From positions 1 to 25,490 of IMG/VR virus record IMGVR_UViG_3300048576_000473: a stretch of 25,490 nt of DNA; one strand, given 5' to 3'. Shown piece by piece: positions 16,620 through 24,992 of this stretch (the stretch's first letter is position 1; each line of letters opens with the position of its first letter). The notes beneath the pieces are model-generated. The model was not told the origin of the DNA and did no database searches. It saw nothing but the letters and a program-made list of their open reading frames with translations. This DNA is from a virus (lineage: Duplodnaviria; Caudoviricetes). Both the position numbers and the translations under genes were made by a program.

Positions 16620-18346
16620 TTGAGTCTCGCGAGAAGCGCCGCCTTTTTCTTTTCACCGGCGACATCCAGCTTCTTTTCTTCGAACTGGTGCGGCGGTTTG
16701 AGTTGGCGGACGACGTTGCCTTGCTGAGTGACGATCACGCCGAACTGACATTCGTTCTGCTTGCTTGGGTGATAGGGGCAATACTTGCAGCTCTCAACGT
16801 TCGGGTTCGGCTTGAACACGGTGTCTTCCGTGAATTTACGACCCTTGCTGTCGAACATCTTTAGATACTTGCCCATCTGCGAACGACGCATTGTGAAACC
16901 GGCGAGTTCGTTCTGATCGAGATACCAGAGCTCACAAGTAACTTGTTCGAGCTCTGAATACCGGATCAGGGCGCAGAGAGCGTAGAGCTGCAGCTGAATG
17001 GCGTGCTTTACTTCATTGCCGAATCGTTTGCCGGTGTTATGTGTCGGTAGGAATTTTTCAGTGCAAAGGAACGTGTGATCTTTGCTATCTACTGCAATAC
17101 ACTGCGTTTCCACAGACGCAATTTCAGTTACGCTTTTTACGCGTCGAGTTGCGCTGCGACCTGGGCCAAATTCCCGACACGCTTCGGCTTTACGCGGAAG
17201 TCGAAAGGGCGTAATTCCGTTAGGACGGAAAGTAATCCAATACACCACGCAAATTTTTCCGAACCCTTTGCCAAGTGTATCGCCAAGGTTTGCGCGTTGG
17301 CCCAGACTCAAAACGAGTTCGTGATATTGCTTTGCAAGATCAGGATTCGTTGTGTTGAGCACCACTTGTTTACGAATTTTATTCACAGAACCATCGCCAT
17401 CCATGATTCCTTGAAGCAGCGCCAATCTTTGTTCAAACGATGCCCTCATGTAGATTTGAGGAATGTGCTTGTTACCGAGCACATTCAACTCAATGAGTTT
17501 TGCGCGAATTCCTTTTATCGTTTGAGTACGAGTTTGAGTATTTTGCATTACTCCAAGTTCGTAACCTTGGCGCTGAATTTCTTCCCAAATGAATTCGTCA
17601 GGTTTTGTGATTTCGCTTGACGTATGTTTGCCGTCAGCGAGCCAGAGTCCGAACACATATGGGTCGATTGGCAAATCTACAGCAGGCAATCGGATTGGTT
17701 TTGCGACGTTAATGTGATCTCCGATTTTCAAATCTGTAACAGGTATTACTGAACCATCGTGCAAAGCCCAAAGGTGTTCGTTGTCACAACGAACTATTGT
17801 GTTGTCGTCGAATTTGATTTCGTAACAAGGAAGATTTTTGATTTGAGATTTTCCAGTTACTCGGCACACTGAACCATCTTGAGCAAACAATTCGTCTCCG
17901 ACACGAATTTCACCCATAGTGGTCCAACCGTTTGGCGTCGGAATCAATGTGGATCGTTCGAGGCCTTTATAGTCGATAACGACAGCATGCGAAGGGCTAA
18001 GGTGGCAAACTGCATCGCATTTAAGCCTGAGCCAAGCTCCTCGCCACGAACACACACGCCAGTCACGATCAAAACCCCATTCTTCTTCGCAAATGACACG
18101 CCCCTGGTCCGCGTGCCGACGAAGGGCGGCGAAGTCGACTTCGAAGAAACGGAGGTTGTGAGTGAAGAGACCTTTTCTTTTGACATAGTCCTCTGCCTCC
18201 TGGTGAATCTGTGAGCCACGATCCGCAGCGGTCTTGGGTTGTAGGTCAGGAATCTTGTCCAACCAGCTGAGTTTTGCGCGGTAAGCGCATTGCTCATAAA
18301 CCTGGATGCGGCTTATCGACCAGCTGGGGATCGTGGCTTGGGTCAT
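16616..18346 (-). CDS. Cas4/RecB-like PD-(D/E)XK exonuclease containing an intein
   Basis: WSISRI..C, EEEWG, KCDAV, IDYK|TG, QLQLYA, CKYCPY..C (Fe-S ligand pattern); 266 aa after intein removal. Confidence 0.9.
   Translation of the reverse strand: MTQATIPSWSISRIQVYEQCAYRAKLSWLDKIPDLQPKTAADRGSQIHQEAEDYVKRKGLFTHNLRFFEVDFAALRRHADQGRVICEEEWGFDRDWRVCSWRGAWLRLKCDAVCHLSPSHAVVIDYKGLERSTLIPTPNGWTTMGEIRVGDELFAQDGSVCRVTGKSQIKNLPCYEIKFDDNTIVRCDNEHLWALHDGSVIPVTDLKIGDHINVAKPIRLPAVDLPIDPYVFGLWLADGKHTSSEITKPDEFIWEEIQRQGYELGVMQNTQTRTQTIKGIRAKLIELNVLGNKHIPQIYMRASFEQRLALLQGIMDGDGSVNKIRKQVVLNTTNPDLAKQYHELVLSLGQRANLGDTLGKGFGKICVVYWITFRPNGITPFRLPRKAEACREFGPGRSATRRVKSVTEIASVETQCIAVDSKDHTFLCTEKFLPTHNTGKRFGNEVKHAIQLQLYALCALIRYSELEQVTCELWYLDQNELAGFTMRRSQMGKYLKMFDSKGRKFTEDTVFKPNPNVESCKYCPYHPSKQNECQFGVIVTQQGNVVRQLKPPHQFEEKKLDVAGEKKKAALLARLK
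17036..17965 (-). mobile_element. class 3 intein (310 aa) with LAGLIDADG homing endonuclease
   Basis: Block A GLERSTLIPTPNGW, block B EHLW, LAGLIDADG-like motifs FGLWLADG and LQGIMDGDG, block F TQCIAV, terminal THN followed by Thr+1; visibly AT-richer than flanks. Confidence 0.92.
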
Positions 18347-18612
18347 TGCAGCTTGCCCTCCGAACGATTGGTGAACTGGGCGAGGAACTCTTCCAAGCTC
18401 ACGATTTTGACCTTGACCGAGGGCTTGGTTATTTCCACCGCTTCACATTCGGCGCCTTCTTGCTGGATGCGGTTCACGATCCGTTCGGCGAAGGTGAAGA
18501 TTTTGTTTTCGAGTTCTTCGGGCGAATAACTCGTGATCCAGGTAGCGGAATTCGCTGCCAGTTGCAGTGCAAGCTGATGCTTGAGCACGAGTGCGTGTTT
18601 GTTCATTTTCAT
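18343..18612 (-). CDS. hypothetical protein
   Basis: 89-aa ORF; ATGA overlap with the nuclease gene. Confidence 0.7.
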   Translation of the reverse strand: MKMNKHALVLKHQLALQLAANSATWITSYSPEELENKIFTFAERIVNRIQQEGAECEAVEITKPSVKVKIVSLEEFLAQFTNRSEGKLQ

Positions 18613-18627
18613 GATTTTTAGACCTTG

Positions 18628-18885
18628 TCAGAGTTGCTTGCCAGTCTTGTACGTCGTACCGTTCAGCCGCAGGCCACCCATGTGTTTGACGGCGACCGCG
18701 CCCTGGGCAGCACGACGAGCGAGCTTAGCACCGGGATAGCCACGAGGCAGACCGTCCTTGTTGATCCGGCCCTTCTTGGGCGCGGCGGGCGTGGGGCCGT
18801 GGAAGACATTGCGGGAATCGAAATGCGAGATCGTGTTCTTGACGGCGTTGCCAAGAGCGGCGGCGAGCAGGGAGATGATCTTCAT
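18628..18885 (-). CDS. small basic protein
   Basis: 85 aa, K/R-rich; coupled start; GGAGG SD. Confidence 0.7.
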   Translation of the reverse strand: MKIISLLAAALGNAVKNTISHFDSRNVFHGPTPAAPKKGRINKDGLPRGYPGAKLARRAAQGAVAVKHMGGLRLNGTTYKTGKQL

Positions 18886-19277
18886 CAGAGTGCCTCCACC
18901 ATCTTGCGCAGATCGTCCAGAGGCATGTTCTCCAGCTCCTGGTTCTCCTTGCGGCTGATCAGCTCCAGGAGCTTCTGCTTCTTCTCGCGATCGGCACGGG
19001 CTTTGGCGGCGGCGTCACGTTCGGCGATCTTGATGTCGAGGATGTGCTTGATGATATCGAAGCGCAGCTGCGTGTAATCGTTGGGCTTGACTGCGTCGGT
19101 GACGAAAGACAGCGTGCCCTTGTTCTGGAGCTCGTTGTGCAGCGCCACCGCGAGCTGGTCCAGGCTGGTGCCCTTGTTGCTGGTCAGCGGCAGCGACCAG
19201 AGGTCGTCCGTGCGCAGCGTGCCGAGCGGAGTGGCGAAGGTGAGGCTGAGGCGCGAAGCTTGTTCGAAGATGTTCAT
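18885..19277 (-). CDS. phage protein with C-terminal coiled coil (MNIFEQASRL...DDLWSLPL)
   Basis: Start reassigned to ATG 19277 with AAGGAG SD. Confidence 0.8.
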   Translation of the reverse strand: MNIFEQASRLSLTFATPLGTLRTDDLWSLPLTSNKGTSLDQLAVALHNELQNKGTLSFVTDAVKPNDYTQLRFDIIKHILDIKIAERDAAAKARADREKKQKLLELISRKENQELENMPLDDLRKMVEAL

Positions 19278-19291
19278 GTGATGCTCCTTGC

Positions 19292-21283
19292 TTAAAAGTT
19301 GACCTTGATGGTCCGGTTGAAATTGCCCTTGACGCGCAGGATGAGGCTGTTCTTCTGCGTCACCGAGAAGCCCAGGCCAGAGAGCTGGTCCTTGGTTTCG
19401 GCGACTTGCATGCGGCTGCCGACCATTTCGAGCACCTTGCGGTGCTTGTCGAGATCGGAACGAAGGAACTCGTTGTAGAAACCACGAGCGGTGTCGTCGT
19501 TCACACAGCCTTCCAGCATGAAGAAGAAGTGCTTGTTGCCGACGCCGATGCCATCCCAGTAATTGGGCGAGTACATGATTGCCGAGACCGGCACGTAGGT
19601 CTGCGTAGTGACGCCCCATTGCGACTTGGAGAGCGTCGTTGAAGGCAGTGCAGGCTTGACCGTTACAACGCCGTTCTTGACGGTGAGCGTGGCAACATCG
19701 ACGTTTTGATTGTCACGAATCACCTTGTCGTAAACGAGATGAATCGTTTCGCCGAGCACTTCGATTTCAACCTCGAAGCCTGCGGCGCTGCCATCGCGCT
19801 TGTTCCAGTTGTTGACAAAAAGGCGATACTCGCCGTCGATCATGCGAGAAATGTTCTGGTAGAAGATATTCTCGACGGGATGATTCATCATGCCGTTGCT
19901 GCCGTTGGCGTCGACATCGAGCTGGCCGCGGGTAACGTACGAAGTCCTGTTGCTGAACCAAATGTGCTCCTTGTTCGGCTCGATCATGTGCAGATCGAGA
20001 TCATCACGGTATTCCCAGGCCAAGCGGCAGCAGACTTCGGCGTTGATGTTGCCACCGGCGGCCTTAACGCGTTCCTTGATCGAGTCGGTGACATTGCCGT
20101 TGTAGGACCAGCTGAACGGATTGTCCCACTTGAACATGGGCGTGGCGGTCGGATCAACCGGAGCGATCAGCGAGACAAAGTTGCCGGAATGACGATTTTC
20201 GACGAAGGCTTCGATGCTCTTGGCAGTTGGCAGAATCTTCTCGATGAAGTGATCGATGCCAACTTCTTCGATGTTCTTGAGCTCCTTCTGCTTGACGCTG
20301 CCGTTGAGATCGTCGAACACGTTGTTGTTGAGTGCCTTGCGCGTTGTGCGATCGGCGAACAACAGGTTGTTGATGGTGATGTCCTGGACGTTGGCAAAGC
20401 GCCGTTCGAGTGCGCTGGTCAGGCCCAGTTCTTCGATAGTTTCCTTGGCCGACTGGATCATCTTCGGCGTGACCAGGGCGGTCGGACGCTTGTAGTTCGC
20501 CGGTGCGACCATGGCCTCGAACCGCTTAACGGCTTCATCGAGGTCCATGGTATTCAGGTCGATGAGCAGCGTGCCGATGCTGGTATTGCGAATGCGCAGG
20601 ACCGAGCCGTGGTACTTGCTCAAGTTCTGCCAGACCCAGTTATCGGTGCCGTCGAAAGCGTTCAGTGCATGCTTGAAAGCGTTGAGCGTTTCGATGTGCT
20701 CTTGGCCGCGATATAGGGAGTTTTGGGCGATGAGGTCCAGCACGGTGTCGACCGACTCCATAACGATCTCACGCAAGCTGCGGTTGAACACGTCGTAGTC
20801 GGCGCGAAAAGCGGACAACGCATGGCCGATGGACGTGGCTCCCATGATGAACTTGGTCGGAATCTGGACGTGGAAGTGGTTCCAGGTATGCACCTGATCC
20901 ATCATCTGTTCGAAGGTCTTGTCGACACCGGCGACACGCTCGGTGGTGCGGAAGACGTTGATGATGTTGTGCGAGTGAACCATCGCCGACATAACCGCGG
21001 CGACTTCCTTGTAGCCGTCATCGATCTCGCCCAGGTTGTCCCAGATCGTCGTACGCTGACCGTCGATGAAGGCCACCAGACCGCCGATGCGCTTGATGAA
21101 CTGACGGCAGCAGGAGCAGTCGTGTTCAGTGCGCTTGCGATAGATCGGGTTGGTGCCTTCGGGGAAGGCGTTCAGGTACGTGGACCAGAGGTCATCACTG
21201 GAAATGTTGGTGGAAAAGAGTTCGCCTTGGGCCATGCGAGCGAATTGCTTGGCAATCGCCTGTTTGAATTGCAGGAAATTCAT
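19292..21283 (-). CDS. large phage protein with HDCSCC motif and YfaP/DUF2135-like domain
   Basis: LAW..DDLDLH..LDVDAN..PVENI motif; GAGGTG SD. Confidence 0.7.
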   Translation of the reverse strand: MNFLQFKQAIAKQFARMAQGELFSTNISSDDLWSTYLNAFPEGTNPIYRKRTEHDCSCCRQFIKRIGGLVAFIDGQRTTIWDNLGEIDDGYKEVAAVMSAMVHSHNIINVFRTTERVAGVDKTFEQMMDQVHTWNHFHVQIPTKFIMGATSIGHALSAFRADYDVFNRSLREIVMESVDTVLDLIAQNSLYRGQEHIETLNAFKHALNAFDGTDNWVWQNLSKYHGSVLRIRNTSIGTLLIDLNTMDLDEAVKRFEAMVAPANYKRPTALVTPKMIQSAKETIEELGLTSALERRFANVQDITINNLLFADRTTRKALNNNVFDDLNGSVKQKELKNIEEVGIDHFIEKILPTAKSIEAFVENRHSGNFVSLIAPVDPTATPMFKWDNPFSWSYNGNVTDSIKERVKAAGGNINAEVCCRLAWEYRDDLDLHMIEPNKEHIWFSNRTSYVTRGQLDVDANGSNGMMNHPVENIFYQNISRMIDGEYRLFVNNWNKRDGSAAGFEVEIEVLGETIHLVYDKVIRDNQNVDVATLTVKNGVVTVKPALPSTTLSKSQWGVTTQTYVPVSAIMYSPNYWDGIGVGNKHFFFMLEGCVNDDTARGFYNEFLRSDLDKHRKVLEMVGSRMQVAETKDQLSGLGFSVTQKNSLILRVKGNFNRTIKVNF

Positions 21284-21343
21284 GATGTTTCACCTCGTGT
21301 TGAAAAAGTTAAGAGTTTGTCAGAGTGCTACAGAGAACGTCAA

Positions 21344-23704
21344 CTACTTTGCCCTACGCAAGCGAGGCTTGCCGATCAGGACTTCTTCCATTTCCTTGCG
21401 GATTTCGGGCGATATTTGCCAGACGACATGAATGCCGTAAGTCTTGCGGTTCTTGTGACGAACTTGCTTGGTGTCAATGCCGTTGTTGCGCAGCAAGCTG
21501 GTGAGCTTGTTCGGTTCGAGAGGCACATTTCCGACGCAGCGTTTGAGGATGATCCCCATGTCGTCACGCGTCAGAGTTTGTCGGACTCCGCGATCGAGAA
21601 TCTGTTGACCAATGTCTTTGATCAACGAGTTGTAGATGCGTTCCAGCTCATTGAATCCCGTACCTCGTGCGAGGTAGTCATCATCGACCATGTTCATCCA
21701 GAAGTTATCGAAGTCACCGGTCAGGATGGCCTGGCAGGTGTCTTCGATGCTGTTTTGCGAGAGACGCTGCATGGTTTCGCGAGCCTCAGTGTGGATGATC
21801 GTGTTCGCCAGTTTCACGTCAGCTTGATGGGCCAGCAGCCATTGTGTAAACGCTTCGAGCTCGTTCGCCACAGCTTCCTCCGTAGGTGGAACAAGTTTGA
21901 TACCTTGACGATTTCCGACGTTGTAACGGCGGTCGTCGGTCGGAATGATCACGGGTTTCTTCTTGTTCGAGCTGAACAAGTAGGAGCCATAGTTCGTCTC
22001 CTGAGTCATCGTCTGCTGCATGCGACGTACAGGCATGACGCTGTCCGTGATGAGCATCTTGAACTTGGCTTCCACCCTGCCCTTAGCGGAGAAGTCATCG
22101 ACATCGATCTCGTTGACGTTGATGAACAGCTTGCCATACTGCCACTCGTTGAACTTGTCTTCGATGTTGTCGATGCCGACTTCTGCGACGTTGTCGCTAC
22201 CGAACAGAGGGCGGATCACCTTGGCCATGAAGAAGCCCTTGCCTGTCCCTTGTACGCCATGGTTGACCCAGGCGGTGATGGGCTTGGCCTTGCGTTGGAA
22301 GATCACCGCCAGCCAGTTGAAGAAGTGGTCGCTTAGGCGAGTGCCTTCGGCTTCACCCAGGAAGTGACGTACCATGTTGTAGATGCTTGGGAACTTGGTC
22401 GGCGTGATTTCCGGATTCGGCTCCAGCAGCATGTACTGGCTCGGTTTGAACGTGTTGATCCGATGGTTCTCGGTATCGACAATCCAGTCACCTTTTGGGT
22501 CGTAGGTGATCTCCCAGGTTTCGATGAACTCGGGTGGCACGCGACCGAAACTCATCCACCAGTCGTTGAGTTGTGTGCGATCCTTGGCACGGTGCAGCTG
22601 CAACTTCTGGGTTTCAGGATTCCAGAGGCCGCGGTAGTAGTTCGCCGTCTTGAGGTCACAGAACGCGAGGATCAGGTCGCCGTCTTCAGACGGTGTCGCT
22701 GTGGTCTCGCGTTGCTCCATCTTGATTTCGGCGTAATGACCAGGGACGAACTCCTTGGTCAAGTACCACGCGTCGCTCTTGAAATCATGAATCAGCTCCG
22801 GATTGTTTTTGGCGTAGCAATACGCCCAGCTGTCACCGCCGTTGATGTTCAGGCGGACCCACTCGCCGCAGTCCTTGACGCCGGTGACGACACAGATGTC
22901 GGGCTTGCTTTCGATCTCCTTATCGCCAACCCATTTGGTACGCGCTGTACGTTTTGGCAAGCCTTCCAGTTCACGCAGTTCATTGAGCTTGGCCCGAGCA
23001 CGTTCTTTTTCGCGCAAGATGCTGGGCTCTCCGATAGACGAGACATCGAGCGCGTCTTTTTTGCGCTTGACGAGCTTGATGCGGGTCTGCAGCGGGTCTT
23101 TCAACGGCTTGATGAACTTGGGTGGTGCGATGTAGATCAGCTTGTCGTTTTGACAAGTGGTAATGTCCAGGGTCCAAGCAATCTGGCACTTCGAACGACT
23201 TGGAATGAGCTGCTTGCTCAGCACTTCTTTGTCCAGGTTCATCGCCATGAGCCACGCCTTGATAGCCGGTGCTGGGAGCTCCTGATTTAGCAGCATGAAG
23301 ATATGCGCAGAGACGGTGCCCATGCAATCAGGGCGCCCGTGACTGGCACTGTACTGGATGATGTAGCTGATGTTGCCCAGTCCCAGGCTGACTAGAGTGT
23401 CGTCAAGATCAGGCGTCTCGTGGCGATCGAAGTCCAGGCAAAGCCACTGAGTAGTGTCGTCGGTGCGCGTGCTGCCAGCACGGCTCTCGTGGTTCAGGTT
23501 TCGGGTGAGCTTGCCTTTGAGCAAGCAGTGACCGGCTTTTGAGTGCTTGACAAGTACGTCGTGGAACTCGGTCAAGTTCTCCACCTGTTCGCTGTAGCTG
23601 GTGAAGTTCTTGACCATGGGGTATGCGTCTTTCCTACCATCGGGGTGGAACGTTTTTGTCAACGGAACGTCCGCCCCAAGAAAATTGAGTTGAATTTTTG
23701 CCAT
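21344..23704 (-). CDS. primase-helicase (AEP-like N-terminus; SF3/D5-like DUF5906 helicase)
   Basis: LDFD and SAHIF primase motifs; Walker A GVQGTGKG, Walker B VNE, SSN, DRR. Confidence 0.85.
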   Translation of the reverse strand: MAKIQLNFLGADVPLTKTFHPDGRKDAYPMVKNFTSYSEQVENLTEFHDVLVKHSKAGHCLLKGKLTRNLNHESRAGSTRTDDTTQWLCLDFDRHETPDLDDTLVSLGLGNISYIIQYSASHGRPDCMGTVSAHIFMLLNQELPAPAIKAWLMAMNLDKEVLSKQLIPSRSKCQIAWTLDITTCQNDKLIYIAPPKFIKPLKDPLQTRIKLVKRKKDALDVSSIGEPSILREKERARAKLNELRELEGLPKRTARTKWVGDKEIESKPDICVVTGVKDCGEWVRLNINGGDSWAYCYAKNNPELIHDFKSDAWYLTKEFVPGHYAEIKMEQRETTATPSEDGDLILAFCDLKTANYYRGLWNPETQKLQLHRAKDRTQLNDWWMSFGRVPPEFIETWEITYDPKGDWIVDTENHRINTFKPSQYMLLEPNPEITPTKFPSIYNMVRHFLGEAEGTRLSDHFFNWLAVIFQRKAKPITAWVNHGVQGTGKGFFMAKVIRPLFGSDNVAEVGIDNIEDKFNEWQYGKLFINVNEIDVDDFSAKGRVEAKFKMLITDSVMPVRRMQQTMTQETNYGSYLFSSNKKKPVIIPTDDRRYNVGNRQGIKLVPPTEEAVANELEAFTQWLLAHQADVKLANTIIHTEARETMQRLSQNSIEDTCQAILTGDFDNFWMNMVDDDYLARGTGFNELERIYNSLIKDIGQQILDRGVRQTLTRDDMGIILKRCVGNVPLEPNKLTSLLRNNGIDTKQVRHKNRKTYGIHVVWQISPEIRKEMEEVLIGKPRLRRAK

Positions 23705-23775
23705 GGAATTTGCCTCGGAGAAGGCTCAGAGTGTAGACGACTTTGTCAGAGCTTTCTAGGATGATAGCTTCTAAG

Positions 23776-23798
23776 TATGGGTCGCTTGGCGGCCCATA
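23776..23798. terminator. intergenic hairpin, possible terminator
   Basis: TATGGGTCGC-TTG-GCGGCCCATA directly after the 23807 stop; no clear U-tract. Confidence 0.4.
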
Positions 23799-23806
23799 GT
23801 TCGAAG

Positions 23807-24109
23807 TTATCGCTTGATCCCAAGCGCTTCGCGCTCTTCGGGAGTGAGCTTTTCAAGTGCCTGCTTGCGCAGTGCTTCCTTGCGAGCTTTTGCTTCGAAA
23901 ACCGAATATTCGAGAATCTCGATTTCGATCATGTCCCAGTCATCATGAACGTTTTTCGACCACTTAAATTTGCGCCCGAAAACCCCTGGCTGAGCGTCCA
24001 TGTATTCGATCGCATGTTCGCGATTCAGAAAGAACAAATCAATGATCATTGGGCCACGACCTTCGTTCATGTCTGCGTTTTTTTTTTTTCGTATCATGTA
24101 GGCTTTCAT
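23807..24109 (-). CDS. hypothetical phage protein (NADMNEGRGPM; AL.KLT.EER.ALG tail)
   Basis: AAGGAG SD; contains an A12 run. Confidence 0.75.
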   Translation of the reverse strand: MKAYMIRKKKNADMNEGRGPMIIDLFFLNREHAIEYMDAQPGVFGRKFKWSKNVHDDWDMIEIEILEYSVFEAKARKEALRKQALEKLTPEEREALGIKR

Positions 24110-24111
24110 GA

Positions 24112-24720
24112 TTATTTCTCCTTATGTGCAGCGCACATCGCCATAAGCGGTGCTTTCCATTGGCGCCAAAAGCTAAGTGCAGTTTCTCCGTCCATGGCGA
24201 TGATTTTTTCGTCGCTGAAATTAGCCCATTCGGTGTGCGAATGCCGTTGGCAACCGAGACGCATGAATTCGTCAGAAATTAAACACCAGTAGTTGAGTCC
24301 GACGATGGAAATAGGGGTCTTTGAGATTTTTTCGCCGTCCAGGTCGGCTCCGTGCAGGTCAGCTCCGTCCAGGTCGGCTCCGCGCAGGTCAGCTCCGTCC
24401 AGGTCGGCTCCGCGCAGGTCGGCTCCGCGCAGGTCAGCTCCGTACAGGTCGGCTCCGCGCAGGTTGGCTTCGCGCAGGTTGGCTTCGCGCAGGTCAGCTC
24501 CGCGCAGGTCGGCTCCGCGCAGGTCAGCTCCGTCCAGGTCGGCTCCGTACAGGTTGGCTCCGTACAGGTCGGCTCCGCGCAGGTTGGCTTCGTACAGGTT
24601 GGCTCCGTACAGGTCGGCTCCGTACAGGTTAGCTTTACCTAGTTCGGCGGCTTCTTTTACGGTTCCAACATCGAATTCGCAAAGCGTCGCTTTACTGAAT
24701 TTGTGTTTGATAGAAATCAT
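24112..24720 (-). CDS. pentapeptide repeat protein
   Basis: 20 A(D/N)Lx(G/E) repeats; C-terminal LGCQRH..W domain. Confidence 0.93.
   Translation of the reverse strand: MISIKHKFSKATLCEFDVGTVKEAAELGKANLYGADLYGANLYEANLRGADLYGANLYGADLDGADLRGADLRGADLREANLREANLRGADLYGADLRGADLRGADLDGADLRGADLDGADLHGADLDGEKISKTPISIVGLNYWCLISDEFMRLGCQRHSHTEWANFSDEKIIAMDGETALSFWRQWKAPLMAMCAAHKEK
24334..24633 (-). repeat. 15-bp coding tandem repeat, 20 units
   Basis: GC(C/T)(G/A)ACCTG-NNC-G(G/A)A units. Confidence 0.92.
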
Positions 24721-24721
24721 T

Positions 24722-24946
24722 TCACTTCCTTCGCATGTATTTTTGCATCGGCGGGAGAATGTAATAACCGGTTTTTGGTTTATTCCCGGTAATGTTTTTC
24801 AGATAAACCTGGGCAGTGTCTTGATCTTCGAAACGAGAAAGGCATAAGTGTCCGTTCGATGGGTTTTCAATCACCGTCCAGAGTTCTTCATCCCAAAGGG
24901 AAATGGGTTGTCGGCGCATGGCCTGATCTTGGTGCCAAGTGCTCAT
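24722..24946 (-). CDS. hypothetical protein
   Basis: Start reassigned to ATG 24946 (or 24919) to avoid overlap with the upstream gene. Confidence 0.55.
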   Translation of the reverse strand: MSTWHQDQAMRRQPISLWDEELWTVIENPSNGHLCLSRFEDQDTAQVYLKNITGNKPKTGYYILPPMQKYMRRK

Positions 24947-24992
24947 GATGATTAAACCGGTACGCGGTGCACAGTACGAGCGCGTAGCGGAC

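Larger units (their letters stand above)
2053..23751 (-). promoter_or_regulatory. dispersed oriented 16-bp motif CTCTGAcaanntCtga, 9 copies
   Basis: Copies start at 2053, 5868, 6561, 6825, 11773, 12227, 18618, 21310 and 23736; all on the same strand, at gene starts or spacers. Confidence 0.7.

Noticed and set aside
16616-18346. Cas4-like gene as evidence of a CRISPR-Cas system
   Set aside because: No cas1/cas2 or array; solo Cas4-like nucleases are common in phage replication modules
19278-19619. N-terminal extension of ORF 18885..19619, and similar extensions at 3532, 5153, 8687 and 25180
   Set aside because: They overlap upstream genes in another frame; internal starts with SD or stop-start coupling fit better
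20723-22336. Long plus-strand ORFs (537 aa here; also 2069-2977, 12640-13641, 15313-16197, 19706-20716, 22364-23290)
   Set aside because: Antisense shadows of motif-bearing minus-strand genes, expected from biased codon usage; no recognisable motifs of their own
24293-24847. Plus-strand SAPRR, GRLRA and QVGS repeat ORFs
   Set aside because: Alternate-frame readings of the stop-free pentapeptide repeat DNA
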